A DNA stretch of 63,909 nt, counting the filler, from Reticulomyxa filosa (Eukaryota > Protista > Foraminifera): the NCBI GenBank assembly GCA_000512085.1. It is 18 parts of 18 records of this genome, joined end to end, with 100 filler letters (N's around TTAATTAATTAA, not from the genome) between each part and the next. Parts side by side here need not be neighbours in the genome. Positions count along the whole stretch, not along the records: positions 13,696 to 15,466 come from ASPP01014488.1; positions 15,567 to 18,136 come from ASPP01016191.1; positions 18,237 to 19,385 come from ASPP01012196.1; positions 19,486 to 22,575 come from ASPP01004484.1; positions 22,676 to 26,158 come from ASPP01023166.1; 13 more parts are not named here. The stretch is one strand, 5' to 3'. Shown here one piece after another: positions 13,737 to 25,299 of the stretch (position 1 is its first letter; every line of letters starts with the position of its first letter). Under the pieces are notes generated by a model, which searched no databases, was not told the origin of the DNA, and saw only the letters and a list, made by a program, of their open reading frames with translations. The translations under genes were made by a program, and so were the position numbers.

Positions 13737-15410
13737 TTACCAATTATGCAATTGATACAAATACAACAATTTGGTCATGAACGTGGAAGGCCCGAGGTAG
13801 TCCAAGGCCTGAAGCAGTCCTCCATAATCGCTTCCTTTCAAATGCAGGTACAAATGGCTCACGTGGTAGTAGTTGGTTATGCTCTTCACAATTGAACCAG
13901 TTAGGTTCCATATACTGTTTTGTGATTGGCCGATAAACACGCGAACCTTCATAAACTGCTCCACGTATACTTGTATGTATCTATCGTAGTCGTCGTCTGC
14001 CAGTTTAATCTCGTCCAAGTCGTATGTGTGCTTCTTTTGTGCGCCGTTTACTCGTTTCATGTTTTCCACCAAGTCTTTAAAGCATCGGCCAGACCTTTTT
14101 TTTTTTTTTTTTTTGCAAAAAAGTGTTACATAAATAAATATACATATATGTACAGATATATATGTACATATATATATATGTATATATATATATTTAGTTA
14201 ATTAGTTATTTAATTCAATTTTTTAATAAACAATGACAAAACGTCTGACAATAAATAGCAACTAAATGCACAATAAATCGTGACAAAGGCAAGAATATAG
14301 AAAAGCGATCTCTGTCCATGCGAAACAAGTCCATTTCCACCAATTGATGTTTCTTCTCTTTGTCGAATGTTTTCAGCACCACAATAGGTATTGATTGACT
14401 ACTCTTTCTTTCGTCTCTAGAGATGACTGCGTCAGAGGTTGGTGTTTGCTTGTCTTGTTGTTTGGATGAGTCGATTGCATAAACATCATCGCCATAAGCA
14501 TCATTGTTATAAACATCATCGCAGTAGAGCTCATTTCCATAGACTGTTTTGTCTTCTTTTTTTTCTTCTTTTTTATTTCGTTGTTGTTCGCCATTGGCAG
14601 ACTCAATTCGGACAAATGGCTCCCACGACTTTTGATCAATCATTGTCAAACCATACGCGATTACATCGGCCAACGCATCCCAAAGATGCTGTTTCAAGTC
14701 CAACGACGTCTTTGGCGACAGCAAAAAGCGATACAGATTCGAGTGCATCACATTGTTTATGTTCGATATATCCACATGTCTAGTGAGTGCCTCTAGCCAG
14801 GGGCACTTGCCAAAGTTGACGTAATGTCCAATCTCTCGATGCAGTTCGCCGACATTTTGAATCAAGCATAGCATTTGGCACCACTTTTTGATTACGTGTG
14901 GTTGCCGTTCGAATAAAAGTGGAGCCTTTTTTTTGCAATTATTGTGGCAATACGTATACAAAAAAAAAAAAAAAAAAAAAAATTTTTTTTGTATAACCCA
15001 ACCAGATTGTCATTGGTAAACAGGGATGAAAGATTAAAGCGTATGGAGTCAAGGACTTGTCGCTTCGCAGTCATAGGTGCCTTGTACCTGGGACTTGGCA
15101 GCTTGAATGCGTTGCGATTGCCCGCGCCTTGTCTCAGATTGGCAGGCACGGAGTTGCACAAGAAATGCATGTAGCAATCGATGACAATGTCCAACAAATT
15201 ATGTGTGCGGGTGACGTTGTACGTGCATGTTGGAATGGGTGTCAATTGCACCGCATAAAAGAAGTAGCATTCATCTCGTCGGCGATAGAAATCCAAGTTG
15301 AACGCCAGTCGATGATAGGCAAAGGTAAACACTTGATATACGCGATACTTTAATTCCGACACGCAAAATAATGCATACCACAAATCATTTAATATTGCAT
15401 CACACCTCCT
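13737..15410 (-). CDS. UBR1/2/3-like N-recognin E3 ubiquitin ligase, internal fragment (at least 3 exons)
   Basis: Four blocks in the right order resemble the UBR1 helical scaffold: AVQLTPIPT..NLLDIVI (cf. SVQLFTVP..NLL), LCLIQNVGELHREIGHYV (cf. MQGM..R..GQH), SIFLPLSRF (cf. SxHLPLxR) and VRVFIGQ..IWNLTG...YY...D...LQ (cf. LR..V..AQ..GMWxRNG). Confidence 0.7.
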
Positions 15411-15419
15411 ACATTTATA

Positions 15420-15458
<39 letters not shown>

Positions 15459-15617
15459 ACGTATATNNNNNNNNNNNNNNNNNNNNNNNNNNNNNNNNNN
15501 NNNNNNNNNNTTAATTAATTAANNNNNNNNNNNNNNNNNNNNNNNNNNNNNNNNNNNNNNNNNNNNAATAATAATAATAATAATAATAATAGTAATAATA
15601 ATAATGATAATGCTGCA

Positions 15618-17750
15618 ATGAAAACATTGGAAGAAGAAAACAAAAGATTGAAAGACAAAATAAAAGAGATGAAACACAAAGCAATCGACAAATGCAATCG
15701 CTTGAATGAAAAAGTGAAACAGACAAAAGAGCAGATTGGACGGAAGCACGAGAAATGGAACGAGTTGATGAGAGAATATGGACAGCTGAAGAAAGAGATG
15801 AAGACAGAGTTTGAAAGCAAATTGCAGACGACGATGGAGGAGAAGACAGTGGAGATGGAGATGCTGACGCAAGAGAAATTGAAACTGCAAAACCTGAATG
15901 ACGGCTACGGCAAGACCGAAACCAAGGTCAACAAAAAGCGTGAGGAAACCAAAAAAAAATTGACCGATTGTAAAAAAGAAATAAGCAAATTGGAAGCAGA
16001 ATTAAACGCCAAATTCCAAGACATTGCAAAATTATTTCACGTGCAAAAAAAATATGAGGAATTGCAAGTCGCGCATAACCAATGTTTGGAACTGGTGCGA
16101 CAGATGCAGTTGCAATCTCAAAAGTATGTTGCCAGTATCCAACAGAGCGAGCAAGAGTTGGCCGTGGTTAAGCGCGACCTGTCCTTATTGCAGACGCAGT
16201 CGCATTTGCAAATGCAAACACAACAAATGCAAATGCAATTGCAAATGCAGTTACAAATGCAAATGCAAATGCAATCGCAGTTGCAATCACAAATGCAATC
16301 ACAACCACAATCACAATCACAATCACAATCACAATCACAACCACAACCACAATCACAATCACAATCACAATCACAAATGCAATCTCAAATACATCCTCAA
16401 TCACATTCTCAATCCCAAACATCAACACAATCTCAAATTCAAATTCAATCTCAATCTCAATCTCAATCTCAATCTCAATCCCAATCTCAAACTCAACAAT
16501 CGATACTAAAACTACAATCACAACGAGATATGGAACTAACAGAAATGTATCGTCTTCTGTTTGAATGGATTCAAAATGATATATTCAAGCGACTCAACGA
16601 ACAGCTGCTGACGCAAGACATGCTCGAAAAATGGACCTCATTGAAAGGGAACGTGATCATTCCGACGTACAACGTCAACAACGCAAACAATCATGGGGCT
16701 TATGTGAACCAAGCCAAAGCAGTAGCCACAGTGCTGTATCAAACATTCGTCAAGACTTTCAATACTTGTCTCAAATGGGCGCCAATGTGAATAGCTATCA
16801 CTCGCCGCAAAAGTCGCAGGCCATTCAACAGCAACTGCTTCTCTGTGGCTTTGTCATAGAGTACATGGAACGCTTTCGCAAACAATGTGTCAACAAAGAG
16901 CTGTGGTACGAGTACGCCGCCCAATTGGAAAGGGTCGAGCCCGGGTGCATCGTCGACGTCAATGTTGACAAAATGGACATCACCCTCCAAGACCTTCCTT
17001 CTCTTCTCGAAGACCTTCCGCTCTCAAATATACCACACGTGCCAAAGTACTATCCATTATCACCGACAAACGTGATCCCAATTGGAAGGAGGCACAAATA
17101 CAATTGGAAAACTCGCCCTTTTTCAATCGCGTGCTCATTCATCCTTACGTCATGCGCTTTGTTAATCCAAAGCCCTTGGAGCCCCTTTTCCGACTCATCC
17201 TCATGCTCATGCTCATCCTCATTCTCATCCTCATCCTCATCCGCATCCGCATCCTCATTCCCATCCTCATTCCCATGTCCATCCCCATTCTCTTTCTCAT
17301 CCGAATCATCCCACTCATTCCCACCCTCTCGTCGATGTCGCCAAAAATGATCATCCCTCCGTTGTTCACATGTCTCGTCCGTCCCCTTGGACCAACCCCC
17401 CCTTCCCTTTAGGGTTGTTTCCCAATTCTGCCAATGCCACCGTGGCCAACGACCACCGCTTGAATGTTAACGTCCCGCACCCCATTCTTCCGCACCCGTC
17501 CAACAACAACAATAACAACAATAACAACGTTCAAGTTTATGTCGCGCCTCTTCGGCCGACCAACGATACCTTCCCAGACGTCTCTAAAGACAAGCACGTG
17601 CAACAGCTCAATAAAGATTTGCACGAGCAAGAGCACGCCTCCACTTCCAATGACAAACCCATTGACGCAAAGCAACTACACGCAAATACTAATAGCAACA
17701 CCGCGAATATTATTAATAGTACTAACAACACGAATAACAATAATAACAAT

Positions 17751-17807
<57 letters not shown>

Positions 17808-18094
17808 ATTAATAATAATAATAACAATATTGCCAATGTTATTAATAATAATGTGAATAATGACAATAGCAACACGACGAGTAGCACAAGTACAAATAGC
17901 ACTACTGGTAATAACATCATCACCAATAATGACACAAACACAAACAAAAATAAGGATAAAACTAAAAGTAAAGACAAAGACAAAGGTAAAAGCAAAAGCA
18001 AAAATAAAAGCAAAAACAAAAATAAAAGTAAAAACAAAAGCAAAAGCAAAAATAAGAAGAAAGATAAAACCAAAGGCGAAGATCAAAAAAAAAG
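15618..18094 (+). CDS. Large low-complexity protein (coiled coil, QM/QS repeats, HP repeats, poly-N, KS/KD tail), one gene split by three apparent 1-nt deletions
   Basis: Four overlapping ORFs (15618, 16631, 17104, 17370) join into one frame if one base is restored in homopolymers at ~16761, ~17045 and ~17187, giving FKYLSQMGANV, PKVLSIITDKRDPNWKEAQ and LFPTHPHAHAHP. Confidence 0.65.
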
Positions 18095-18136
18095 GTTGGA
18101 ACCGAAAGGGTATGAATTCCGGGTTTTTAAAAACCC
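18095..18136 (+). other. 454 GS FLX paired-end hairpin adaptor/linker remnant (artefact)
   Basis: GTTGGAACCGAAAGGGT(A)TGAATTCCGGGTTTTTAAAAACCC matches the FLX linker half GTTGGAACCGAAAGGGTTTGAATTC plus the hairpin loop, and lies at a contig end. Confidence 0.9.
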
Positions 18137-18236
18137 NNNNNNNNNNNNNNNNNNNNNNNNNNNNNNNNNNNNNNNNNNNNTTAATTAATTAANNNNNNNN
18201 NNNNNNNNNNNNNNNNNNNNNNNNNNNNNNNNNNNN

Positions 18237-19282
18237 GGGTCGTTCGGGATGGCGTTCTTGTTCACGGTGATGTGCGCTTTGCTCAGGGCTGCATCGGCAG
18301 CCTTGCCGGTCAGGCCTTTCGGGCGCAGGTCTACCAGGAACACGTGGCTCTCGGTACGGCCGGAGATGATGCGCACGCCGCGAGCAGCCAGGGTTTCGGC
18401 CATGGCGGCAGCGTTCTTCAGCACTTGCTCCTGGTAGGCTTTGAATTCCGGCTGCAGCGCTTCTTTGAAGGCCACGGCTTTACCGGCGATGACGTGCATC
18501 AGCGGGCCGCCTTGCAGGGTCGGGAACACGTTGCTGTTCAGCGACTTCTCGAACTCGGCCTTGGCCAGGATGATGCCACCACGCGGGCCGCGCAGGGTCT
18601 TGTGGGTGGTGGAGGTCACGAAGTGGGCGTGCGGTACCGGGTTCGGGTACACACCGGCAGCCACCAGGCCAGCGTAGTGGGCCATATCGACCATGAAGTA
18701 GGCACCCACCTTGTCGGCGATTTCGCGCATGCGGGCCCAGTCAAAGCGCAGGGCGTAAGCGGAAGCGCCGCCGATGATCAGCTTCGGCTTGGTTTCCAGC
18801 GCTACGCGCTCCATGTCGTCGTAGTCGATCTCTTCGTTTTCGTTCAGACCGTAGGCCACGATGTTGAACATCTTGCCGGACAGGTTGGCCGGGGAACCGT
18901 GGGTCAGGTGACCGCCGTGGCCCAGGTTCATGCCCATGATGGTGTCGCCCGGCTTCAGGATGGAGAAGTACACCGCCTGGTTGGCTTGCGAACCGGAGTG
19001 CGGCTGCACGTTGGCGTACTCGGCGCCGAACAGCTGCTTCACGCGGTCGATGGCCAGCTGCTCTACCACGTCAACGTGCTCGCAACCACCGTAGAAACGC
19101 TTGCCCGGGTAGCCTTCGGCGTACTTGTTGGTCAGCTGGGAGCCCTGGGCTTCCATGACGGCCGGGCTGGTGTAGTTTTCCGAGGCGATCAGCTCGATGT
19201 GATCTTCCTGGCGAACGACTTCTTCGCTGATGGCGGCAGCGAGTTCCGGGTCGTACTGGGCAATTTTGATATCTGCAAACAT
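18237..19282 (-). CDS. glyA: Serine hydroxymethyltransferase, bacterial (Betaproteobacteria, Chromobacteriaceae-like), 3' truncated
   Basis: Motifs [36 protein letters not shown] and [14 protein letters not shown] (PLP lysine), and [11 protein letters not shown]. It is intronless and GC-rich with strong GC3 bias, unlike every other contig. Confidence 0.98.
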
Positions 19283-19348
19283 CGTCGACTATTCCATCAA
19301 AGGGTTATGGATAAGGAAATCTTAACGCATTCCGGCGCCGGGCCGAAA

Positions 19349-19384
19349 TGAACAAATGGCGAAGAAACAATGAATTGCATTCAT
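19349..19384 (-). promoter_or_regulatory. Putative MetR (LysR-type) operator upstream of glyA
   Basis: Near-perfect dyad ATGAATTGCATTCAT (19370-19384) fits TGAA-N5-TTCA. A weaker half-matching site, TGAACAAATGGCG, lies 22 bp closer to the gene (19349). A -10-like TAAGAT follows on the minus strand. MetR control of glyA is established in proteobacteria. Confidence 0.6.
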
Positions 19385-19583
19385 GNNNNNNNNNNNNNNN
19401 NNNNNNNNNNNNNNNNNNNNNNNNNNNNNTTAATTAATTAANNNNNNNNNNNNNNNNNNNNNNNNNNNNNNNNNNNNNNNNNNNNACATACATACATACA
19501 AGAAAAAATGGAATTTGTTCAATGGTGTCTTGTTCTTCTTTTATTACATAAGCAAATAAATATACAGACAAAAAATCCGAAAC

Positions 19584-22575
19584 TTGGAGGTTCTGGCTTT
19601 GACGCTGGCTCCTTTGAAACAGGGGCATCATTGTCACTATCGGAGTTCCAAAGGTCGGATTGCTTCTTGGTTGCCACTTTTGGTATAAAGTCTTCATCCG
19701 AGCCGGAGTCCAACTTTTCCACACAAACATGCACATCAGGACTTTTGCTTGCAAATGCATTCAGTCAAACAAAAAAACACAAGTGACCTTAACGTACCGT
19801 CAGTAATTTCAGTTTCTTCTTTGCTTGCACATTTTCTTTTTCTTTCTCTTTTTCTTTTCCTTTTCCTTTTCTCTTTCCCTTTCTTTTTCTTTTTCTCGCT
19901 CTCTTTCCTTTTCTTTCTCTCGCTCTCTTTCCTTTCTTCTCTCTTTCCCTTTTCTCTCTCTTTTTCTTTTTCTTTTTCTCTTTCTCTTTCCCTTTCTCTT
20001 TCTCTTTCTTTTTCTTTTTCTCTTTCTCTTTCTCGCTCTTTTTCTTTTTCTCTTTCTTGCTCCTTTTCCTTTTCTTTTTCTTTTTCTTTCTCTTTTGCTT
20101 TGGCAGATGCCTTAGGAACAAAGGTTTCATTGTCACTGTCGTCACTCCAATCTAACAAATTCTTTTTGGCGGTAACGACTTTTTCGGCTTTGGTTTCCTC
20201 TTTCGCGATATTGGATTGTGATTTTTCTTGCGTTTTCTGTGACTTGACGGATTTGGTATCGACATCACTATCGTTGGCCTTTTCATGCTCTTGTTCAGGC
20301 TCTTTTTCGTGTTCGTTGCTTGCGCCGACTTCGTGGCGTTCTCGTCGAATGTCTTGCAATGTGCGTGGCTGGCCGGGTCTTAGAGCGTGGACATTGATGA
20401 CCACTCCGAGTTTCGACACTTCGCCAACAGGTTTGGAGGGCCCGGGACTTTTGGAAGGAGCTGGACTTTTGGATGGCGCCGGGCTTTTGGACGGTGCTGG
20501 AGCTGGAGCTGGAGCTGGACTCTTCGTCGGCTCTTCGATTTTCACATTGATATCCTTCGCCACCACACTTGGCTCATTACTTTTTTTTCCTTGCAAAGGG
20601 TCGACTTTGTCTGTCGCCGAATCGGACAGTTTGGGTTTCGACTCTACTTTTTCTGAACGATATGTATATTTCTCATATGTTTCACTCGTTTCAAAAAAAA
20701 AAAAAAAAACAATAAAAATAAAATTCACATAAGTGATACAAGTAAAAGAGGGTAAAAGGTAAAAATAACCTGGCTTTTTTGTTTTTCCAATGTCCGTGTC
20801 TGAGTCACTGTCCCAATTCAACGCAGTAGCCTTTTCTTTTTTCGGTGGTGCTGCGGCTTTGGTTTCTTTTTTCCCAAGAACGTCAAGATCCGAATCGGAA
20901 TCGGACATAAACTTTTTTTTTTCCATTTATTTATTATGTATCATTGTTAAATGAGTTATAAGAAACTACAATATATAGACTTAAGAACATTTTGTACTAT
21001 TGAAATTATGCTTTTTTTTTTTCCCCCCCCCCCCTTTTCCTCCCTCCAAATAACTGCTTTTTTTTCTGGTTTGGCGACTTTTTCTGGTTTGGCGACAGCA
21101 TCCTTTTTGATTGAAGCTCCGAAGACGAAGGCAAAATCTCTTCCTCGTCGCTGTCTTGTTGGCCCAGCTGCGCTTTTCTCTTTTGCGCAGCGGCGGCAGC
21201 AAGTGGGTTAGTCTCTACTTTGGGCTTGGCTTTTGGCTCCTCACTTGCCAAAGGCTTTGGTTTTTCCTCCTCGCTGTCTTCGTCAAACATGGACGTCTGT
21301 TGAGTATTTGCAGGCTTCTTTGCTTCCTGCTTCTTCGTAAACAACTCCTCGTCAGAGTCCGAAAAATCCAGCTGTTTCTTGCCTGTAGTGCCTGCTTTGC
21401 CTGTCTCTTCGCTTTGCTTCGGCTGTTCTTTTTCCTTTGCAGGGAAAAGATCACTATCGGAGTCGCTTAAATCAAAATTTTTCTTTTTTTTTTTTTTTTT
21501 GTATTTGTATTTGTTTGTCATATCCCTTATACATCTGTACACAAATATGTATATATAATTACTTTTTTAGGCTGAGCATTGGGCAACAAAGCAGTTGGGT
21601 CAATCATGTCTTTGATATCCTTTTTCTCACTTTCGGCATTTTCTTTACTTGGCTCTTCTGCGCTTTGTTTTACAACGTTCTGTGCACTCTTTTCATTTTC
21701 TTTCTTTTCTTTTTCTTTCTTTTTATCTTTCTATTTAATCAAACAAATTGGAAGAGGCTTTGCTTTCAGATTAAATACATAATATGTACATATACATATA
21801 TATGTATATATATGTATATATATATATGTATATAATATAATATATATTATGTATATGTGAACGAACATTGTTGTTCAACAATTTGTCCAATTCATCATCG
21901 GTGTCAAGATCCGATTCTTGCTTTTTGGTAAACATTCCCACGTCGTTGTCATTGTCCTCTTCCTCTTCGTTTTTATTTTCATTTTCATTTTCGCTGTCTG
22001 TGTCGCCAAGATTGAATTTCGACTGACGTATGTCCGATTTGGGGGCACTCTTTTGTGGTTTCTGCGACCCATTTCTCTTGTCTCCGTTTTCCATGTTTTG
22101 TTCTTGTGCTTTCACTCCATTTCCTTTGGGCTCTGTTGCATCTGCTTCTCTCTTGTCGGCAGGGACATCATTGTTTCCCATCTGCTGTTTTTGCTGTTCG
22201 ATCATCCCATCCCATTCAAAACACAAATAATAATAAATCCAATCCGATTTAAAAAAAAAAAAAAAAAATATAATATAAAAACCAAACTTCTTGCAACAGT
22301 TGGATCAATTGGGATACTGAAATGGTAGGATTGTTGGGATCCGCTTGTGGTTTTTTTTCATCGTCGAAATAGTCGAAAATGTCTTGCAACTGTCCGTCGG
22401 TGGCCTTAGGGAAAATGTTTCCTATGGCCGTGCGATTCAAAGGCTGTAATTCTGGCTCGGCATAGGCCCGCAACTTCGGGAGCAAATGATCACAATACTC
22501 ACGCACCCATGTAAAATCCTTCACACACACACAGATTAGATTGCACATAGAATCCCCTTTGATCTTGTTCCTTCC
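19584..22575 (-). CDS. FAM21/WASHC2-like acidic-motif repeat protein, multi-exon internal fragment
   Basis: Repeated hydrophobic-acidic motifs (FDLSDSDSDLF, LDFSDSDEELF, MFDEDSEEE, FMSDSDSDL, LNWDSDSD, LLDWSDDSD, LWNSDSD) resemble LFa motifs. VSKLGVVINVHALRPGQP resembles the FAM21/CapZIP KLQANLAINPAALLP segment. EK/ER runs and PAPSKS repeats are also present. Confidence 0.5.
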
Positions 22576-24191
22576 NNNNNNNNNNNNNNNNNNNNNNNNN
22601 NNNNNNNNNNNNNNNNNNNTTAATTAATTAANNNNNNNNNNNNNNNNNNNNNNNNNNNNNNNNNNNNNNNNNNNNTTTTACACTTGTTTCAAAACGTTTT
22701 TGTTTCTTCTCCACCATTTCCTCATAACACAGAGAAAGAAAACCTTCATACAACAAGTTATTGTATTTCTTTGCATTGACAAGGAAATCATTGCTCAATT
22801 GTTCGCAAACAAATATTCACAAGACGCAACGTCTTTATTGATTTGTATTGAGTTGCTGTCATTGCAAACGCAATTAATTAAACAAAAGTGTCACACCCAG
22901 GCCGAAAGTAATAATGAAACGGAAGATTTGCCTTCAACAGTAGATATCGTAATTAGGAGGTAAAGACGTCATTCTTGATCTACTTTTTGAATAAAAACTA
23001 AAAACGGGACAACTCCCTCTTTGAGTAGTTTTTTGGGAACTTAACTTCACTTTTTTTCGTATTTGGTGCTGAGAATAGTTTTTCGAATGTGTGATTTTGT
23101 TTTTCTTTTTTTTGAAAGTTTAGGCAAAATATAGTTTTTGTCTTTTGCTTCCTTTCATCTGATTACGGTGAGCGGCTTGTGAAAACAAATCACAACAACT
23201 ATTTGATTCAAGTATTTTGTCGCTTTTGGCCCTTTCGCTTAATTTTTTGCTTTTTTCTCTGATGTTTCAGAGTCCATTTACTTCATATTCTCTTTTTTAT
23301 AGAACCAAAAATTGAGATAGAATGGATGACAAAATTCGACTATAATTCAACAATGACAAATAAGAAAAATTTTCACAATATATAATGTTTAATGTATATT
23401 CGAAATGCTACACATGAAATATTTTTTAAAAGAAACAGCAAATCAATATGATCAATTACTAACACTTATTATTATATTCAACTATATTGAAATTGTGTTT
23501 GAATATTATCAATTATACAATGCAATTTGTACGTTTGCATCATGTCGAACGTGTACGAAACTAATGGATATTTGCTTTGTTACATTTGGAAGCACTTTTG
23601 ATTGTTCGGTAATTAAGGTTTGTCTCTTTTTCTTATAATTTGCACGCTGAACATATGCATGCTTGAGTATAAATATACGTATATCTTACATTTAAATAGC
23701 ACACATAATGTCATAATACCCTTTTGATGATATGACAAGATCTAATTGCGAAAATATGTGTGTATATATGTCTTATTCATTTGGGTATTATATTTTCCAA
23801 AAACTAGATAAAGTGATTGATATATTGCTTTGTTTAAATGGAGACAAAATTGTAAGTAATTATTCTTATTTTGGAGTCACAAATGCATTGCTGTTTTATC
23901 AAAAGAAGATAATGTTGAATGTGTGAATTGTCATCATCAACATTTATTAATTTAATTAAATAATTAATTTATTAAATATTATAAATCAATCTATTAGAAA
24001 AAAATTTTAAAAAAATTAAGATAACAGGGACCCGGAATAACAATAGAGGAATACACGAGCTAATGCCATTCTATTCAAAATACAATTCAAACAAACCAAC
24101 GTTTTCCAATTGTAATTATATAACTAAACAAAATAATAGAAAAGATATCCTAAACTTGATAACATCGAAGAATATCATACATTGACGGTCG

Positions 24192-24545
24192 TTGTTTCCA
24201 AAATATCAAAATCGACCATATATGAGGATGACAAGGTACAACATAATCGAATGTGTCCTTACAAATCCTCAAGTATTAAACAAATGTAGATCATATTCGA
24301 TGGGATGTCAAAGCATCCCAATGCGTGTCGATATCTATTGTCACAAGTCAAATGACTTTGAAATAGATATGCCACGCCAACTGGAGTCACTATGAATTTT
24401 GTCCACATCAGTGGACTATTCGTTTTTGCAGGACTGGTGGCTTAAGACTCCAAATGATGCAATTATTGCATCGTTAATGATCTACATACGCGTGCACAAA
24501 ACATCAAAGAGCGACATTATGAATGTCAGACCACGTTGCAGGAAC
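24192..24545 (+). pseudogene. Degenerate coding fragment containing LQDWW
   Basis: Reads ...MPRQLESL*ILSTSVDYSFLQDWWLKTPNDAIIASL with an in-frame stop. A related motif lies on the opposite strand at ~25120. Confidence 0.3.
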
Positions 24546-24987
24546 AAAGATAACATAATTACAATAACCATATAATAAATGCAGCGAATGATACCATATT
24601 GAAATAAAATAAAAAACAAACTAACAGACAATAACACTGAGAAAAAAAAGTGATTGAAAAAGCATGGACCAACAACAAGTGCAAAAGATTAGATTTTGAA
24701 AAAAAAAAAGTTAAAATGAAGTACAGAAGGTGAAAAATGCAAAAAGGGAAAATGTGCAAAGAGTGCATAAAATGCAAGGACGGAGATGTCCAAAAAAAAA
24801 AGAACCAATTATAAAAAAAATAAAAGAAGATATCCAACCAAATATTAATCATTGATCAGGACCCCAATTGATAACCACACTAATCTATTTTAAAAAGAAT
24901 GACAAGTTTTTAAAAGACGTGAAGTTAGAATGTAAGACAGTAAATCGTAACTCGAAACCATGCAATACCTATCCATAACGGCCGTCA

Positions 24988-25299
24988 TCAGTCAGAAAGG
25001 GATGTAGGCGTTATAATATTATGAATATGTCTCGAACCTTCGATTGACACAGTCTCACGACCGGTAACAAAGGGTGAGACATTTGCCACGTCCATCTCAG
25101 ATGGACTCTGCCACCAATCCTGCAATCCTAATGGCACAATGATACTTCGTGCAAACATTGGACAATAATGTCGTGGTCGTCGACTTAGTCCTGGTTTGCA
25201 TTCCATCATTGGCCCGCCTACGCACGCCATGTTACTACTGTTCATCGACATCGTAGCAACGTATATAAAATGCTGGCAGCTGACTGATTTATCTATCAA
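24988..25299 (-). pseudogene. Coding fragment containing LQDWW, inverted relative to the 24192-24545 copy
   Basis: Reads IIVPLGLQDWWQSPSEMDVANV. DNA is TTGCAGGATTGGTGGC here versus TTGCAGGACTGGTGGC at ~24427. Confidence 0.3.

Noticed and set aside
16168-18086. Poly-Ile/Leu/Val or Cys-His ORFs on alternative frames and strands (also 6511-6809, 19749-20732, 56102-56791)
   Set aside because: Shadows of microsatellite-like coding repeats (QS, N, EK, NV) in the real frame.
18272-19351. 359-aa plus-strand ORF antisense to glyA
   Set aside because: Shadow ORF caused by high GC3 codon bias, with no recognisable motifs.
19283-19385. ZTP or glycine riboswitch upstream of glyA
   Set aside because: Only about 100 nt are available, no aptamer consensus is visible, and a MetR-type dyad explains the region better.
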